A DNA stretch of 64,000 nt from an uncultured Anaerolineaceae bacterium (lineage in GTDB: Bacteria > Chloroflexota > Limnocylindria > Limnocylindrales > CSP1-4). Below the pieces are notes generated by a model, which was not told the DNA's origin, did no database searches, and worked only from the letters and a program-made list of their open reading frames with translations. The position numbers were made by a program, and so were the translations under genes. This document shows positions 37,224-46,067 of the stretch, one piece after another. The stretch is taken from NCBI GenBank assembly GCA_964475245.1, contig CAYYVV010000005.1:19620-83619 (forward strand). The letters are read 5' to 3'. The stretch's first letter is position 1. Every line of letters begins with the position of its first letter.

Positions 37224-38930
37224 ATGGCAACTACCGCGCTGGCACCCAGGGCTGCCGTCGGCTACGGACGACGGTCATGGCTGTACCAGTGGCTGACGAC
37301 GACCGACCACAAGAAGATCGGCGCGATGTACATCACGACGGCCTTCGGCTTCTTCCTGCTGGGCGGCATCTTTGCCCTGATCATCCGCAGCGAGCTGGCC
37401 CTGCCGGGCATCCAGTTCGTGGATCCTGAGACGTACAACCAGCTCTTCACGATCCACGGAACGACGATGATCTTCCTGTTCGTGATGCCGATGATGACCG
37501 GCCTCGCGAACTACATCGTCCCGCTTCAGATCGGCGCCGCCGACATGGCCTTCCCGCGCATCAACGCACTGTCGTTCTGGATGATCCCGCTCGGCGGCAT
37601 GATCCTTTTCTCGGGCTACCTGCTCGGCGGCGCGGCCGACGCCGGCTGGACGGGCTACGCCCCTCTATCTGAGCAGAGCGGCACGGGCGTCGACCTGTGG
37701 ATCGCCTCGCTGACGCTCCTCGGCATGAGCTCCGTGCTCGGCTCGATCAACTTCCTGGCCACGATCTTCAAGATGCGCGCGCCGGGCATGACCCTGCTGC
37801 GCATGCCCATCTTCGTGTGGAACACGCTCGTGACGAGCGTGCTGCTGCTCTTCTCGGTCCCCGTGCTGACCGCGGGTCTGATGATGCTCTTCATCGACCG
37901 CAACTACGGCGGTGGCTTCTTCGACCCGGCGCTCGGTGGCAACCCGATCCTGTGGCAGAACGTGTTCTGGTTCTTCGGCCACCCGGAGGTCTACGTCCTG
38001 ATCTTGCCGGCGTTCGGCATCGTGACCGAGATCCTGCCGGTCTTCTCGCGCAAGCCGCTCTTCGGCTACAAGGCGTTCGTCTTCGCGACGTCCGCGATCG
38101 GCGCGCTCGGCTTCACGGTCTGGGCCCACCACATGTTCACGACGGGCGCTGTCTATCTGCCCTATTTCAGCTTCTTCACCTTCCTGATCTCGGTGCCCAC
38201 GGGCATCAAGTTCTTCAACTGGCTGGGCACCATGTGGGGCGGCAAGCTGCGCTTCGACACGCCGCTGCTCTACAGCCTGGGCTTCATCTCGCTCTTCCTG
38301 ATCGGCGGCCTCGACGGCGCGTTCCTGGCCGTCGTGCCCTTCGACTTCCACGTCCAGGACACGTACTGGGTCGTGTCGCACCTGCATTACGTGCTCGTGG
38401 CGGGCTCGGTGTTCGGTATCTTCGCCGGCCTCTTCTACTGGTTCCCCAAGATGACCGGGCGCGCCCTCAACGAGCGACTGGGCAAGATCCAGTTCTGGGT
38501 CCTGTTCGTGGGCACCAACCTGGCCTTCTTCCCGATGCACCTGCTCGGCCTTGACGGCATGGTCCGGCGCATCGTCGACTACGCGCCGAACCCGGGCTGG
38601 ACGGAGCTCAACTTCACCTCGACAATCGGCGCCTTCACGATCGCCGTGAGCATCCTGCCCTTCCTGTGGAACGTGTTCATCACGCTCCGCTCGCCCAGGA
38701 CCGCCTCCGACGATCCGTGGGACGGCAACACGCTCGAGTGGGCGACGACGTCGCCGCCACCGCCGTACAACTTCGACACCCTGCCGGCGATCCGCTCAGA
38801 GCGACCGCTGTTCGACCTCAAGCACGGGACGGCTGCGGCCCACGCTGTGGCACTCCCCGCCCTCGCCGGCACGACCGACGATGAGACACGCGCCGACGCT
38901 CCCGACAAGCCGGCGGAGGACACGAAGTGA
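37224..38930 (+). CDS. ctaD: Cytochrome c oxidase subunit I
   Basis: It reads …TDHKKIGAMYI…FTIHGTTMIFLFVMP…WFFGHPEVYVLILPAFG…HHMFTTG…, with canonical heme-copper oxidase motifs. Confidence 0.95.
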   Translation: MATTALAPRAAVGYGRRSWLYQWLTTTDHKKIGAMYITTAFGFFLLGGIFALIIRSELALPGIQFVDPETYNQLFTIHGTTMIFLFVMPMMTGLANYIVPLQIGAADMAFPRINALSFWMIPLGGMILFSGYLLGGAADAGWTGYAPLSEQSGTGVDLWIASLTLLGMSSVLGSINFLATIFKMRAPGMTLLRMPIFVWNTLVTSVLLLFSVPVLTAGLMMLFIDRNYGGGFFDPALGGNPILWQNVFWFFGHPEVYVLILPAFGIVTEILPVFSRKPLFGYKAFVFATSAIGALGFTVWAHHMFTTGAVYLPYFSFFTFLISVPTGIKFFNWLGTMWGGKLRFDTPLLYSLGFISLFLIGGLDGAFLAVVPFDFHVQDTYWVVSHLHYVLVAGSVFGIFAGLFYWFPKMTGRALNERLGKIQFWVLFVGTNLAFFPMHLLGLDGMVRRIVDYAPNPGWTELNFTSTIGAFTIAVSILPFLWNVFITLRSPRTASDDPWDGNTLEWATTSPPPPYNFDTLPAIRSERPLFDLKHGTAAAHAVALPALAGTTDDETRADAPDKPAEDTK

Positions 38931-39571
38931 CGGCCGACAGCCAGGCCCTCCCCGTGCCCCACACCGAAGAGGACGCGCACGAGGGCCATCCGGCGCAGGG
39001 CGTGAACACGGCGCTGCTGGGCATGCTGCTGTTCATCGGCAGCGAGGTGATGTTCTTCGCCGGGCTCTTCGGCGCCTACTTCAACACGCGGGCAACCGCG
39101 CTCGGCCTCGGCCAGCCGTGGCCTCCGCAGGGCCTCGACACGGTCATCGAGCCGGGCATCGTGCCGATCGCCGCGACGATCATCCTGATCCTGAGCTCGG
39201 GCACGATGCAATGGGGCCTGTGGCGCATCCGCAAGGGCGACCGGACGGGCATGAACCGCGCCCTGGCTCTGACGCTGATCATGGGCATCACCTTCCTGCT
39301 GCTCCAGGCATACGACTACCTGAGCCTCGTCAGCGACCACGGCTTCGGCATCAACAGCGGCATCTACGGCTCGCTCTTCTTCACCATGACCGGCTTCCAC
39401 GGCGCGCACGTCTTCGGCGGCGTCGTCGGTATCTCGGTCATCCTGCTGCGCGGGCTCAACGGCCAGTTCTCGGCCAAGCACCACATCGCGGTCGAGGCGG
39501 TCAGCGCATACTGGCACTTCGTCGATATCGTCTGGATTGCCCTCTTCACCACGCTGTACTTCCTGAAGTAG
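38927..39571 (+). CDS. ctaE: Cytochrome c oxidase subunit III
   Basis: It reads …LGMLLFIGSEVMFFAGLFGAYF…TGFHGAHVFGGV…YWHFVDIVWIALFTTLY. The start overlaps the ctaD stop by 4 nt. Confidence 0.9.
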   Translation: MTADSQALPVPHTEEDAHEGHPAQGVNTALLGMLLFIGSEVMFFAGLFGAYFNTRATALGLGQPWPPQGLDTVIEPGIVPIAATIILILSSGTMQWGLWRIRKGDRTGMNRALALTLIMGITFLLLQAYDYLSLVSDHGFGINSGIYGSLFFTMTGFHGAHVFGGVVGISVILLRGLNGQFSAKHHIAVEAVSAYWHFVDIVWIALFTTLYFLK

Positions 39572-39579
39572 GCCGCACG

Positions 39580-39765
39580 GTGTTCGTCTGGCGCAACGCA
39601 GTCATCCTGGGCATCCTCTTCGTGGTGATCGGCGCTGCCTACTGGTACCTGCAGGGCGACAATGTGCTCCATCTCGATGCCGCCGGCGCGACCTTTCTGA
39701 TCCTGCTCGGGGTAGCTATGGCCTTCGTTTTCACGGTCCTGGTGCGCGGATCGCGTGAGCTCTAG
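39580..39765 (+). CDS. Small 2-TM membrane protein (candidate small oxidase subunit)
   Basis: A GTG start 8 nt after the ctaE stop gives 61 aa: VFVWRNAVILGILFVVIGAAYWYL…ATFLILLGVAMAFVFTVLV. Confidence 0.45.
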   Translation: MFVWRNAVILGILFVVIGAAYWYLQGDNVLHLDAAGATFLILLGVAMAFVFTVLVRGSREL

Positions 39766-39796
39766 CGCTCTGGGGCGAGCGAACTACGGCTGACAC

Positions 39797-41062
39797 ATGA
39801 ACGACCTGATCACTGGCTTCTTCAACTTCCTCTCGCAGCTGATCCTGCCCAACTGGTCGGATCTGATCAACCTCGTGCCGTGGGTCCTGGTGGCGATCAT
39901 GCTCCTGGCCCTGGCCGGCATCGCCTACGCGTGGCTGCGCACGATGCGCCGGACGGCGTCGCGCGTACCGCGGCCACTGGCCGGTGGCGCTCCGCCGGCC
40001 GGCATCCACCTGCCCGGGCCGTCGCGCTGGCCGTTCGTCGCGCCGATCGGCGCCGCGCTGTTGCTGTTCTCGCTCGTGCTTGCGCCGCAGGACGCATCTG
40101 GGCACGCAACGTCGCCGGTCAACGTCCAGCTCTTCGCGCTCGGCCTGGTCGTGATCCTGGTCGCGATCGGGGGCTGGCTGTGGGACGCGATGCGCGAGTG
40201 GCGCGCGACGGATCAGCCGCACGTCGCGCAGGCCGGCGGCACGGCCGCGGCACTGCCCGCCGGCTCGAGCGCCGCGGTCGCTCTCCATCCTGCGGCCGGT
40301 GGCCAGGTCGCCCGCTGGGGGGCGGCGGCTCCGGCAGCGGCCGCTGAACCTGAGTACCCGGAGCCGCCTGCGGGCGTGCACATGCCCGGCCCCAGCCCGT
40401 GGCCGTTCTTCGTGCCGATTGCGGCGACCGTGGTCCTGTACGGCGTCATCTTCAGCGCCGTGCTCATCGTCGGTGGCCTGATCCTCGCCGTGATCGCTGT
40501 CACCGGCTGGTATCTCGACGCCGGCCACGAATACTTCACCACGGAAGAGGTCGGCCACGCCGTGCCACGGACGCGCGATCCGGCCAAGGCGTGGCCGCGG
40601 CGGCTGGTGCCCGTCTACGGCGCGGTGATCGCGATCTCCATCGCCATCGTCCTCGCACCCATTGGCCTGGGCTGGCTCAACTCACTGACGCCTGTCGCCG
40701 CGACGGCCAAGCCGGTGACCGTGCCGGCACAGCCAACGATCTCGGCCAAGGGCATCAAGTTCGACACCTCGACCCTCGTCGTTCCCGCAGGACGCCCGTT
40801 CGACCTCGTCTTCAACAACAATGACGCGGGGGTCCCGCACAACGTCGCCATCGCCGACAGCTCGGCGCTCGGGACGATCCTCTTCGCCGGTGACAAGGTC
40901 ACGGGCGTCACATCGGTCACCTACCACGTGCCCGCACTCCAACCTGGGAGCTACTACTTCCTGTGTCAAGTCCATCCGAACATGAACGGGACGGTGCAAG
41001 TCGTGCCCGAAGCTGGTGGCGGCGCGGCCAGTCCGGCACCGGGGACGAGCCCCGCGCCCTGA
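39797..41062 (+). CDS. Membrane protein with two CtaF (oxidase subunit IV)-like modules and a C-terminal type-1 cupredoxin domain
   Basis: The repeated motifs are GIHLPGPSRWPFVAPIGAALLLF (nt ~39999) and GVHMPGPSPWPFFVPIAATVVLYG…VTGWYLDAGHEY (nt ~40373). They resemble the SPHSWWP…FEYY region of actinobacterial CtaF. The C-terminus has …VPHNVAI…YYFLCQVHPNMNGTVQV. Confidence 0.65.
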   Translation: MNDLITGFFNFLSQLILPNWSDLINLVPWVLVAIMLLALAGIAYAWLRTMRRTASRVPRPLAGGAPPAGIHLPGPSRWPFVAPIGAALLLFSLVLAPQDASGHATSPVNVQLFALGLVVILVAIGGWLWDAMREWRATDQPHVAQAGGTAAALPAGSSAAVALHPAAGGQVARWGAAAPAAAAEPEYPEPPAGVHMPGPSPWPFFVPIAATVVLYGVIFSAVLIVGGLILAVIAVTGWYLDAGHEYFTTEEVGHAVPRTRDPAKAWPRRLVPVYGAVIAISIAIVLAPIGLGWLNSLTPVAATAKPVTVPAQPTISAKGIKFDTSTLVVPAGRPFDLVFNNNDAGVPHNVAIADSSALGTILFAGDKVTGVTSVTYHVPALQPGSYYFLCQVHPNMNGTVQVVPEAGGGAASPAPGTSPAP

Positions 41063-41613
41063 GGCGGCCGGCCGCTGTCGCGGCCGTATTGGTCTGTGTC
41101 GTGCTTGCCGGAGCGTTGGTCGTGGGCGCCCTCGCGATCCACATCCAGACTGGACCCGGGCCCACCTCGAGCGTGACCGTCGTCGGCCGCAACCCGCTCG
41201 TCGGCCAGCCGGCACCTGCGTTCAGCCTCCAGACCGTCGACGGCCAGACGATCTCGCTGGCGGACCTGCACGGCCGGCCGGTGATCGTCAACTTCTGGGC
41301 AAGCTGGTGCCTGCCGTGCCGCGACGAGTTCCCGCTCCTCGCCGCGGCCTACGCCAAGTATTCGGCGCAGGGCCTCCAGATCGTCGGCGTGATCCACGAC
41401 GACGGGCCGCAGACCGCCACCGACTTCGCCACGCAGTACGGCGCGACGTGGCCGCTCGTGCTCGATCCGGGCGACGCGACGTACGAGGCATACGACGGCG
41501 GGGTCGGCGTGCCGATCAGCTACTACATCGACCGCGACGGCGTCGTCCGCGCCGTCAGCTACGGCCCGCCACCGTCGGGCTTTCTCGATCAGCAGATCTC
41601 GCAGATCCTCTGA
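40963..41613 (+). CDS. TlpA/ResA-like membrane-anchored thiol:disulfide oxidoreductase (start uncertain)
   Basis: The TM anchor is AAVAAVLVCVVLAGALVVGALAI. The Trx fold reads …APAFSLQTVDGQTISLADLHGRPVIVNFWASWCLPCRDEFP…. The GTG at 40963 overlaps the upstream gene by 100 nt. Confidence 0.75.
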   Translation: MSSPSEHERDGASRARSWWRRGQSGTGDEPRALRRPAAVAAVLVCVVLAGALVVGALAIHIQTGPGPTSSVTVVGRNPLVGQPAPAFSLQTVDGQTISLADLHGRPVIVNFWASWCLPCRDEFPLLAAAYAKYSAQGLQIVGVIHDDGPQTATDFATQYGATWPLVLDPGDATYEAYDGGVGVPISYYIDRDGVVRAVSYGPPPSGFLDQQISQIL

Positions 41614-41648
41614 ACCGCGGACGCCGCGGACGCCGCGGACAAAAGAAA

Positions 41649-41680
41649 ACGACCCCGGGAGGCGGGTCCGCGGGGTCGTT
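41649..41680 (+). terminator. Candidate terminator hairpin after the oxidase cluster
   Basis: A 9-bp stem ACGACCCCG…CGGGGTCGT follows the tlpA-like stop. The T-tract is weak. It is preceded by 3 copies of CCGCGGACG (41615-41640). Confidence 0.4.
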
Positions 41681-41872
41681 CGGTCAATGTGCGCTTTCGC
41701 TCCTCAAAATCTAGCACAACGCGCCGACTCGCCAGCCTGAGACGGGTCCCAAGAGACACACAGGTCGCTCACAGCGCGAGCGCAGATCGCGCCAAGTCCA
41801 GTCGCTGAACATGCTTCACCGGGGGCAGCGTCGTCACGCTCCCTGTCGCTGTCCCGGAAAGGAAACGTCCAC

Positions 41873-43387
41873 ATGCCCTGGCGCACGCTCGGCGCCCTCG
41901 CGCTGATCATCGTCGGCGTCGGCGCCGTCTTCGTCGCAGTCTTCGGCCCTACCCTGGCCAAGTCGGACACGACTCAGTACATCACCAGCCAGGCTGCGGT
42001 CACAAACGTCGTCAACCAGGCCGTGGCTGACGGCAACCTGGCGGCCGCGCAAACGTATGGGCTGGCCTTCGGTAGCGATCCCGCGCTCGTCTCCTCGAGC
42101 TCGTCGGCTTCAGGCGGTTCGTCGGGCACATGGCTGGTCAAGGAAGTCGACGCGAAGGTCGGCCAGCAGGTCAAGCAGGGCGATGTCCTCGCCATTGCCG
42201 ACACGACCGACGAGCAGAACGCGCTCGACCTGGCACAGGCCAACCTCGCCTCCACCCAGGCGAAGTACGACGCCGACATGGGTGGTCCGAGCTCGACCGA
42301 CGCGCAATCGGCGCAGCTGTCCATCCAGCAGGCGCAGGACCAGCTCGCTGCAGCCAAGACGTCGCGTGACAACACGGCCAGCCAGAACACGATCAAGCTC
42401 TCCCAGGCGCAGGACTCCGTCACCACGGCGCACAGTCAGCTCAAGACCGACCGTTCGAACAACGCGCCGAGCACGGTCATTGACAACGACAAGCAAAACC
42501 TGAGCCAGGCGCAGACCAGCCTGCAGCTGACAAAGACGCAGATCCAGGCGTCCAACCAGCAGGCCGACCAGCAGGTGTCGTCGGCTCAGCTGTCATTGCA
42601 AACGGCGCAGAACAACGCCCAAAGCCAGACCGCGCCGGCGAGCGACCAGACGATCGCCTCCGACAAGGCCTCGCTCCTCCAGGCGCAGCAGTCGGTGGCC
42701 AATGCTCAGCAGGAGCTCGACGGCGCTAAGATCACGGCCCCGCAGGCGGGCACGATCGTCGTCGTCAACATCGTCCCGGCGGCGACCGCCCCGAGTGGTA
42801 ACGCGATCGAGCTGATGACGGCCGAGCTCGACGTCACGGCCAATTTCGCAGAATCGGACATACCGAACCTTGCCGTGGGCCAGAGCGCCACGATCACAAT
42901 CAGCGCGACGGGCGACGTGGTGCCGGGCACGGTTACGGCGATCGCACCAGTCGCGGCGACGTCCGGCAGCGGTAGCGTCGTGAGCTACGCGGTCACCGTC
43001 CAGCTTCAGAGCTCGCCGGCCAAGGCGCTGCCGGGCATGTCGGCCCAGGTTGCCGTGACGATCGCCGAGTCAGACAGCGTGGTCGCGGTGCCGGCCATCG
43101 CACTGGTCGGCACCAGCGGCAACTACGCGGTCCGCGTTATGGACGCGAACGGCGCAGTCTCAGTCGTGCCTGTCCAGGTCGGGCTGGTGACCACGAGCCT
43201 GGCCGAGATCAAGTCGGGCGTCAGTGCCGGAGACACGATCGTCACGGGCACGGCCTCTTCGTTGACCTCGACCTCGAACAGCAGCACCACCGGCTTCCCC
43301 GGCGCCGGCCTCGGCGGTGGAGGAGCGTTCCCCGGCGGCGGCACCTTCGTTCGGGGCGGGGGCACGCGAACCACGACCGGTCAATGA
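41873..43387 (+). CDS. HlyD/MacA-family periplasmic adaptor (membrane fusion protein)
   Basis: It has an N-terminal TM and a lipoyl-like …VKQGDVLAIAD… motif. A long Gln/Ala-rich coiled-coil hairpin is followed by a beta-barrel (…ITAPQAGTIVVVN…) and a Gly-rich tail. Confidence 0.8.
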   Translation: MPWRTLGALALIIVGVGAVFVAVFGPTLAKSDTTQYITSQAAVTNVVNQAVADGNLAAAQTYGLAFGSDPALVSSSSSASGGSSGTWLVKEVDAKVGQQVKQGDVLAIADTTDEQNALDLAQANLASTQAKYDADMGGPSSTDAQSAQLSIQQAQDQLAAAKTSRDNTASQNTIKLSQAQDSVTTAHSQLKTDRSNNAPSTVIDNDKQNLSQAQTSLQLTKTQIQASNQQADQQVSSAQLSLQTAQNNAQSQTAPASDQTIASDKASLLQAQQSVANAQQELDGAKITAPQAGTIVVVNIVPAATAPSGNAIELMTAELDVTANFAESDIPNLAVGQSATITISATGDVVPGTVTAIAPVAATSGSGSVVSYAVTVQLQSSPAKALPGMSAQVAVTIAESDSVVAVPAIALVGTSGNYAVRVMDANGAVSVVPVQVGLVTTSLAEIKSGVSAGDTIVTGTASSLTSTSNSSTTGFPGAGLGGGGAFPGGGTFVRGGGTRTTTGQ

Positions 43388-44079
43388 GCGGCATCGTCGA
43401 CATGCGCGGCGTGAGCCGCGTGTACGAGACCGGCCGTCTCCAGGTCGCCGCCCTGCGCGGCGTCGACCTGCTGGTCGAGGAGGGCGAGTTCGTGGCCATC
43501 GTCGGCCCATCGGGATCGGGCAAGTCGACGCTGATGCACATCATCGGCTGCCTCGACCGGGCCAGCGGCGGCGAATACCTGCTCGCCGGAACGAACGTCG
43601 ACGAGCTCGATGACGATCAGCTCGCCCGCCTTCGCAACCGCACGATCGGCTTCGTTTTCCAATCGTTCAACCTGCTGCCGCGCACGTCCGCGCTCGACAA
43701 CGTCGCCACGCCACTGCTGTACCAGGGTGTCGGCCGTGGCGAGCGGCACGCGCGCGCGAGTCGCGCCCTGGAGCGGCTCGGCCTCGGAGATCGTCTCGAT
43801 CATGAGCCGACCGAGCTTTCCGGTGGCGAGCAGCAGCGTGTCGCAGTCGCGCGCGCCCTGGTCACCGAGCCGAAGCTGATCCTCGCCGATGAGCCGACCG
43901 GCAATCTCGACTCGCGCTCCGGCGCGGACGTGATGGACGTATTCCGCGAGCTGCATGCGAGCGGCAGCACGATCGTGCTCATCACTCACGATCCCGGTGT
44001 TGCTGCGGAGGCTGGACGCCAGGTTCACGTCCGCGACGGCCTGATCGACCAACCTCAGCCAACGACGGTCGCGGCATGA
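43384..44079 (+). CDS. ABC transporter ATP-binding protein (MacB/LolD type)
   Basis: Walker A is GPSGSGKST, the signature is [15 protein letters not shown] and Walker B is [11 protein letters not shown]. The gene overlaps both neighbours by 4 nt. Confidence 0.92.
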   Translation: MSGIVDMRGVSRVYETGRLQVAALRGVDLLVEEGEFVAIVGPSGSGKSTLMHIIGCLDRASGGEYLLAGTNVDELDDDQLARLRNRTIGFVFQSFNLLPRTSALDNVATPLLYQGVGRGERHARASRALERLGLGDRLDHEPTELSGGEQQRVAVARALVTEPKLILADEPTGNLDSRSGADVMDVFRELHASGSTIVLITHDPGVAAEAGRQVHVRDGLIDQPQPTTVAA

Positions 44080-45278
44080 ACCTGCTCGAGCTTGTCCGGC
44101 TGGCTTTTGGGCGCCTGCGGACGAGCCGCCTGCGCAGCGTGCTGACCATGCTCGGCGTGATCATCGGCGTCGCTTCTGTGGTCGCCCTCGTAGGTGTTGG
44201 CCAGGGCGCGACGGCCGGCATCACCTCGCAGATCCAGGCGCTGGGCACGAACCTGCTGACCGTCAACCCGGGCAGCTCGACAACGGGCCTCACCAACCTG
44301 GGCTTCGGCACGGCCGACACGCTGACGCTGGGTGACAGCGACGCCATTGCCGCACTGGATGGCGTAGCCGCAGTCGCGCCCGAGGTAACGACGTCGAAGC
44401 TGGTCATCGCCGGTACGAAAAACACGACGACTTCGATAGTTGGCACAACGGCCAATTACGCCAGCGTCCGCAACCAGGACATCTACCAGGGCACTTTCCT
44501 CAACGACGCATCTGACGAGAGCTCGCTCCGCGTCGCGGTGGTCGGCTCGACCACCGCGACGGACCTGGGCTTGACCGCTGCCGACGTGGGCAGTGACATA
44601 ACGATCGGCGGACTTCCCTTCCGGGTGGTCGGCCTGCTTCAGCCCACGGGCGGAGTCGGCAACCAGGACGACCAGATTCTCGTGCCGCTCAGCGTTGTCC
44701 AACGCGAATTCGTGTCCGGCGATTCAGTGCGCTCGATCTTCGTCAGCGTGGCCGACAAGACTGACATCAACCAGGCCAAGGCAGAGATCACCGCCGCGCT
44801 CGAACAGCGCCACGGGACGAGCGGGACGAACGACGACTTCTCGATCTCCGACCAGTCCCAGCTGCTCAATACGTTCAGCAGCGTCAGCGGGCTGCTGTCG
44901 CTGCTGCTCGCCGGCATCGCCTCGATCTCGCTCGTCGTGGGCGGCATCGGGATCATGAACATCATGCTCGTCTCCGTTCGCGAGCGGACGCGCGAGATCG
45001 GCATCCGCAAGGCAATCGGCGCGCGCGGACGCGACATCCTGGCGCAGTTCCTCATCGAGGCCCTGACGCTATCAATGTTGGGCGGACTGTTCGGCATCCT
45101 CGCCGGCGTCGTCGTGTCGGCGGTAATCGGCGCCATCGCCGGCTGGGGCTTCCAGTTCAGCGTGACGACAGTCGCCGCCGCCGTCCTCTTCTCACTTCTC
45201 GTCGGCGTCGTTTTTGGTGTCTGGCCCGCGCGCCAGGCGGCGCGCCTCGATCCAATCGCTGCACTTCGTTACGAATAG
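44076..45278 (+). CDS. ABC transporter permease (MacB/FtsX type with a periplasmic domain)
   Basis: The order is TM1, a ~220-aa periplasmic domain, then the FtsX-type C-terminus …VGGIGIMNIMLVSVRERTREIGIRKAIGA…. Confidence 0.88.
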   Translation: MNLLELVRLAFGRLRTSRLRSVLTMLGVIIGVASVVALVGVGQGATAGITSQIQALGTNLLTVNPGSSTTGLTNLGFGTADTLTLGDSDAIAALDGVAAVAPEVTTSKLVIAGTKNTTTSIVGTTANYASVRNQDIYQGTFLNDASDESSLRVAVVGSTTATDLGLTAADVGSDITIGGLPFRVVGLLQPTGGVGNQDDQILVPLSVVQREFVSGDSVRSIFVSVADKTDINQAKAEITAALEQRHGTSGTNDDFSISDQSQLLNTFSSVSGLLSLLLAGIASISLVVGGIGIMNIMLVSVRERTREIGIRKAIGARGRDILAQFLIEALTLSMLGGLFGILAGVVVSAVIGAIAGWGFQFSVTTVAAAVLFSLLVGVVFGVWPARQAARLDPIAALRYE

Positions 45279-45288
45279 GAGCCATTTA

Positions 45289-45912
45289 GTGTCCGACCCC
45301 GTTTCCGACCCAACCTCGACCCCGCCCGCGCCGCAGCCGGCGCCTGTCACCTACTCCGCGCCAGCGGTCCGCCCGGTCAAGAAGCAGAACCGGAGCGGCA
45401 CGATCCTGCTCGCCGTGGCGGGCGTGGTGGCCGTGGCCGGCGTGGCATTTGCCGGCGGCCGGCTGACCGCGCCACCCGCCGCCGCGGCCAATGGCGGCAC
45501 GCGAACAGGCGGCAACCCGTTCGGCAGCTTCGCGCCGGGTGGCGGATTCCGCGGCGGCGGCACCGGTGCGTTCCCCGGCGGCGGCGGCGCAGCCGGCCTG
45601 GCACGCTCAATCGACGTGCGTGGCCAGGTCACGGCCGTGACGGCCGACTCGATCACCATCCAGACCGACACCGGCACTGCCGTGACGCTGCCCACCAACT
45701 CATCGACCACGTACCACAGCGCCACGGCCGCGACATCGAGCAGCGTGACAGTCGGCAGCACCGTCGTCATCGAACCCGGCGCGGGCACCGGCGCAGGCCA
45801 GAGCTTCACTCCGGGCGGCGCGGCACCCAGCCTGGCACCCGGCGCAACTCCGGGCCTGTTCGGTGGCTTCAACCTCGGCCCGGCCACGGACGTGACCGTA
45901 ATCCAGCCCTAA
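45289..45912 (+). CDS. Membrane-anchored Gly-rich protein with a small beta domain (DUF5666-like)
   Basis: AGGAG lies 7 nt upstream of the GTG at 45289. The TM is ILLAVAGVVAVAGVAFAG. The C-terminus reads …VRGQVTAVTADSITIQTDTGTAVTLPTNSSTTYH…. Confidence 0.55.
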   Translation: MSDPVSDPTSTPPAPQPAPVTYSAPAVRPVKKQNRSGTILLAVAGVVAVAGVAFAGGRLTAPPAAAANGGTRTGGNPFGSFAPGGGFRGGGTGAFPGGGGAAGLARSIDVRGQVTAVTADSITIQTDTGTAVTLPTNSSTTYHSATAATSSSVTVGSTVVIEPGAGTGAGQSFTPGGAAPSLAPGATPGLFGGFNLGPATDVTVIQP

Positions 45913-45953
45913 CCCAGAAAACGGCCCGCCGGAACGGACCGCCGGACAAGAAG

Positions 45954-45978
45954 AAACCCGCCCTCGGAAGGCGGGTTT
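45954..45978 (-). terminator. Intrinsic terminator downstream of tRNA-fMet
   Basis: The 9-bp stem AAACCCGCC / GGCGGGTTT has a 7-nt loop. On the minus strand it is followed by TTTCTTCTT, and it lies 14 nt after the tRNA 3' end. Confidence 0.7.
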
Positions 45979-45992
45979 CGAGATCGAAGGTC

Positions 45993-46067
45993 TGGTTGCG
46001 GGGGACGGATTCGAACCGCCGACCTTCGGGTTATGAGCCCGACGAGCTGCCGCTGCTCCACCCCGCG
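45993..46067 (-). tRNA. Initiator tRNA-fMet (anticodon CAT), CCA encoded
   Basis: The reverse complement reads CGCGGGGTGGAGCAGCGGCAGCTCGTCGGGCTCATAACCCGAAGGTCGGCGGTTCGAATCCGTCCCCCGCAACCA. It has the C1:A72 mismatch and three G:C pairs in the anticodon stem, both initiator hallmarks. Confidence 0.92.

Noticed and set aside
41690-41872. The 180-nt leader upstream of the HlyD/MacAB operon, considered as a possible riboswitch.
   Set aside because: I could find no match to any riboswitch core I can recall, and it has only generic GC-rich stems. It would need an Infernal/Rfam scan.
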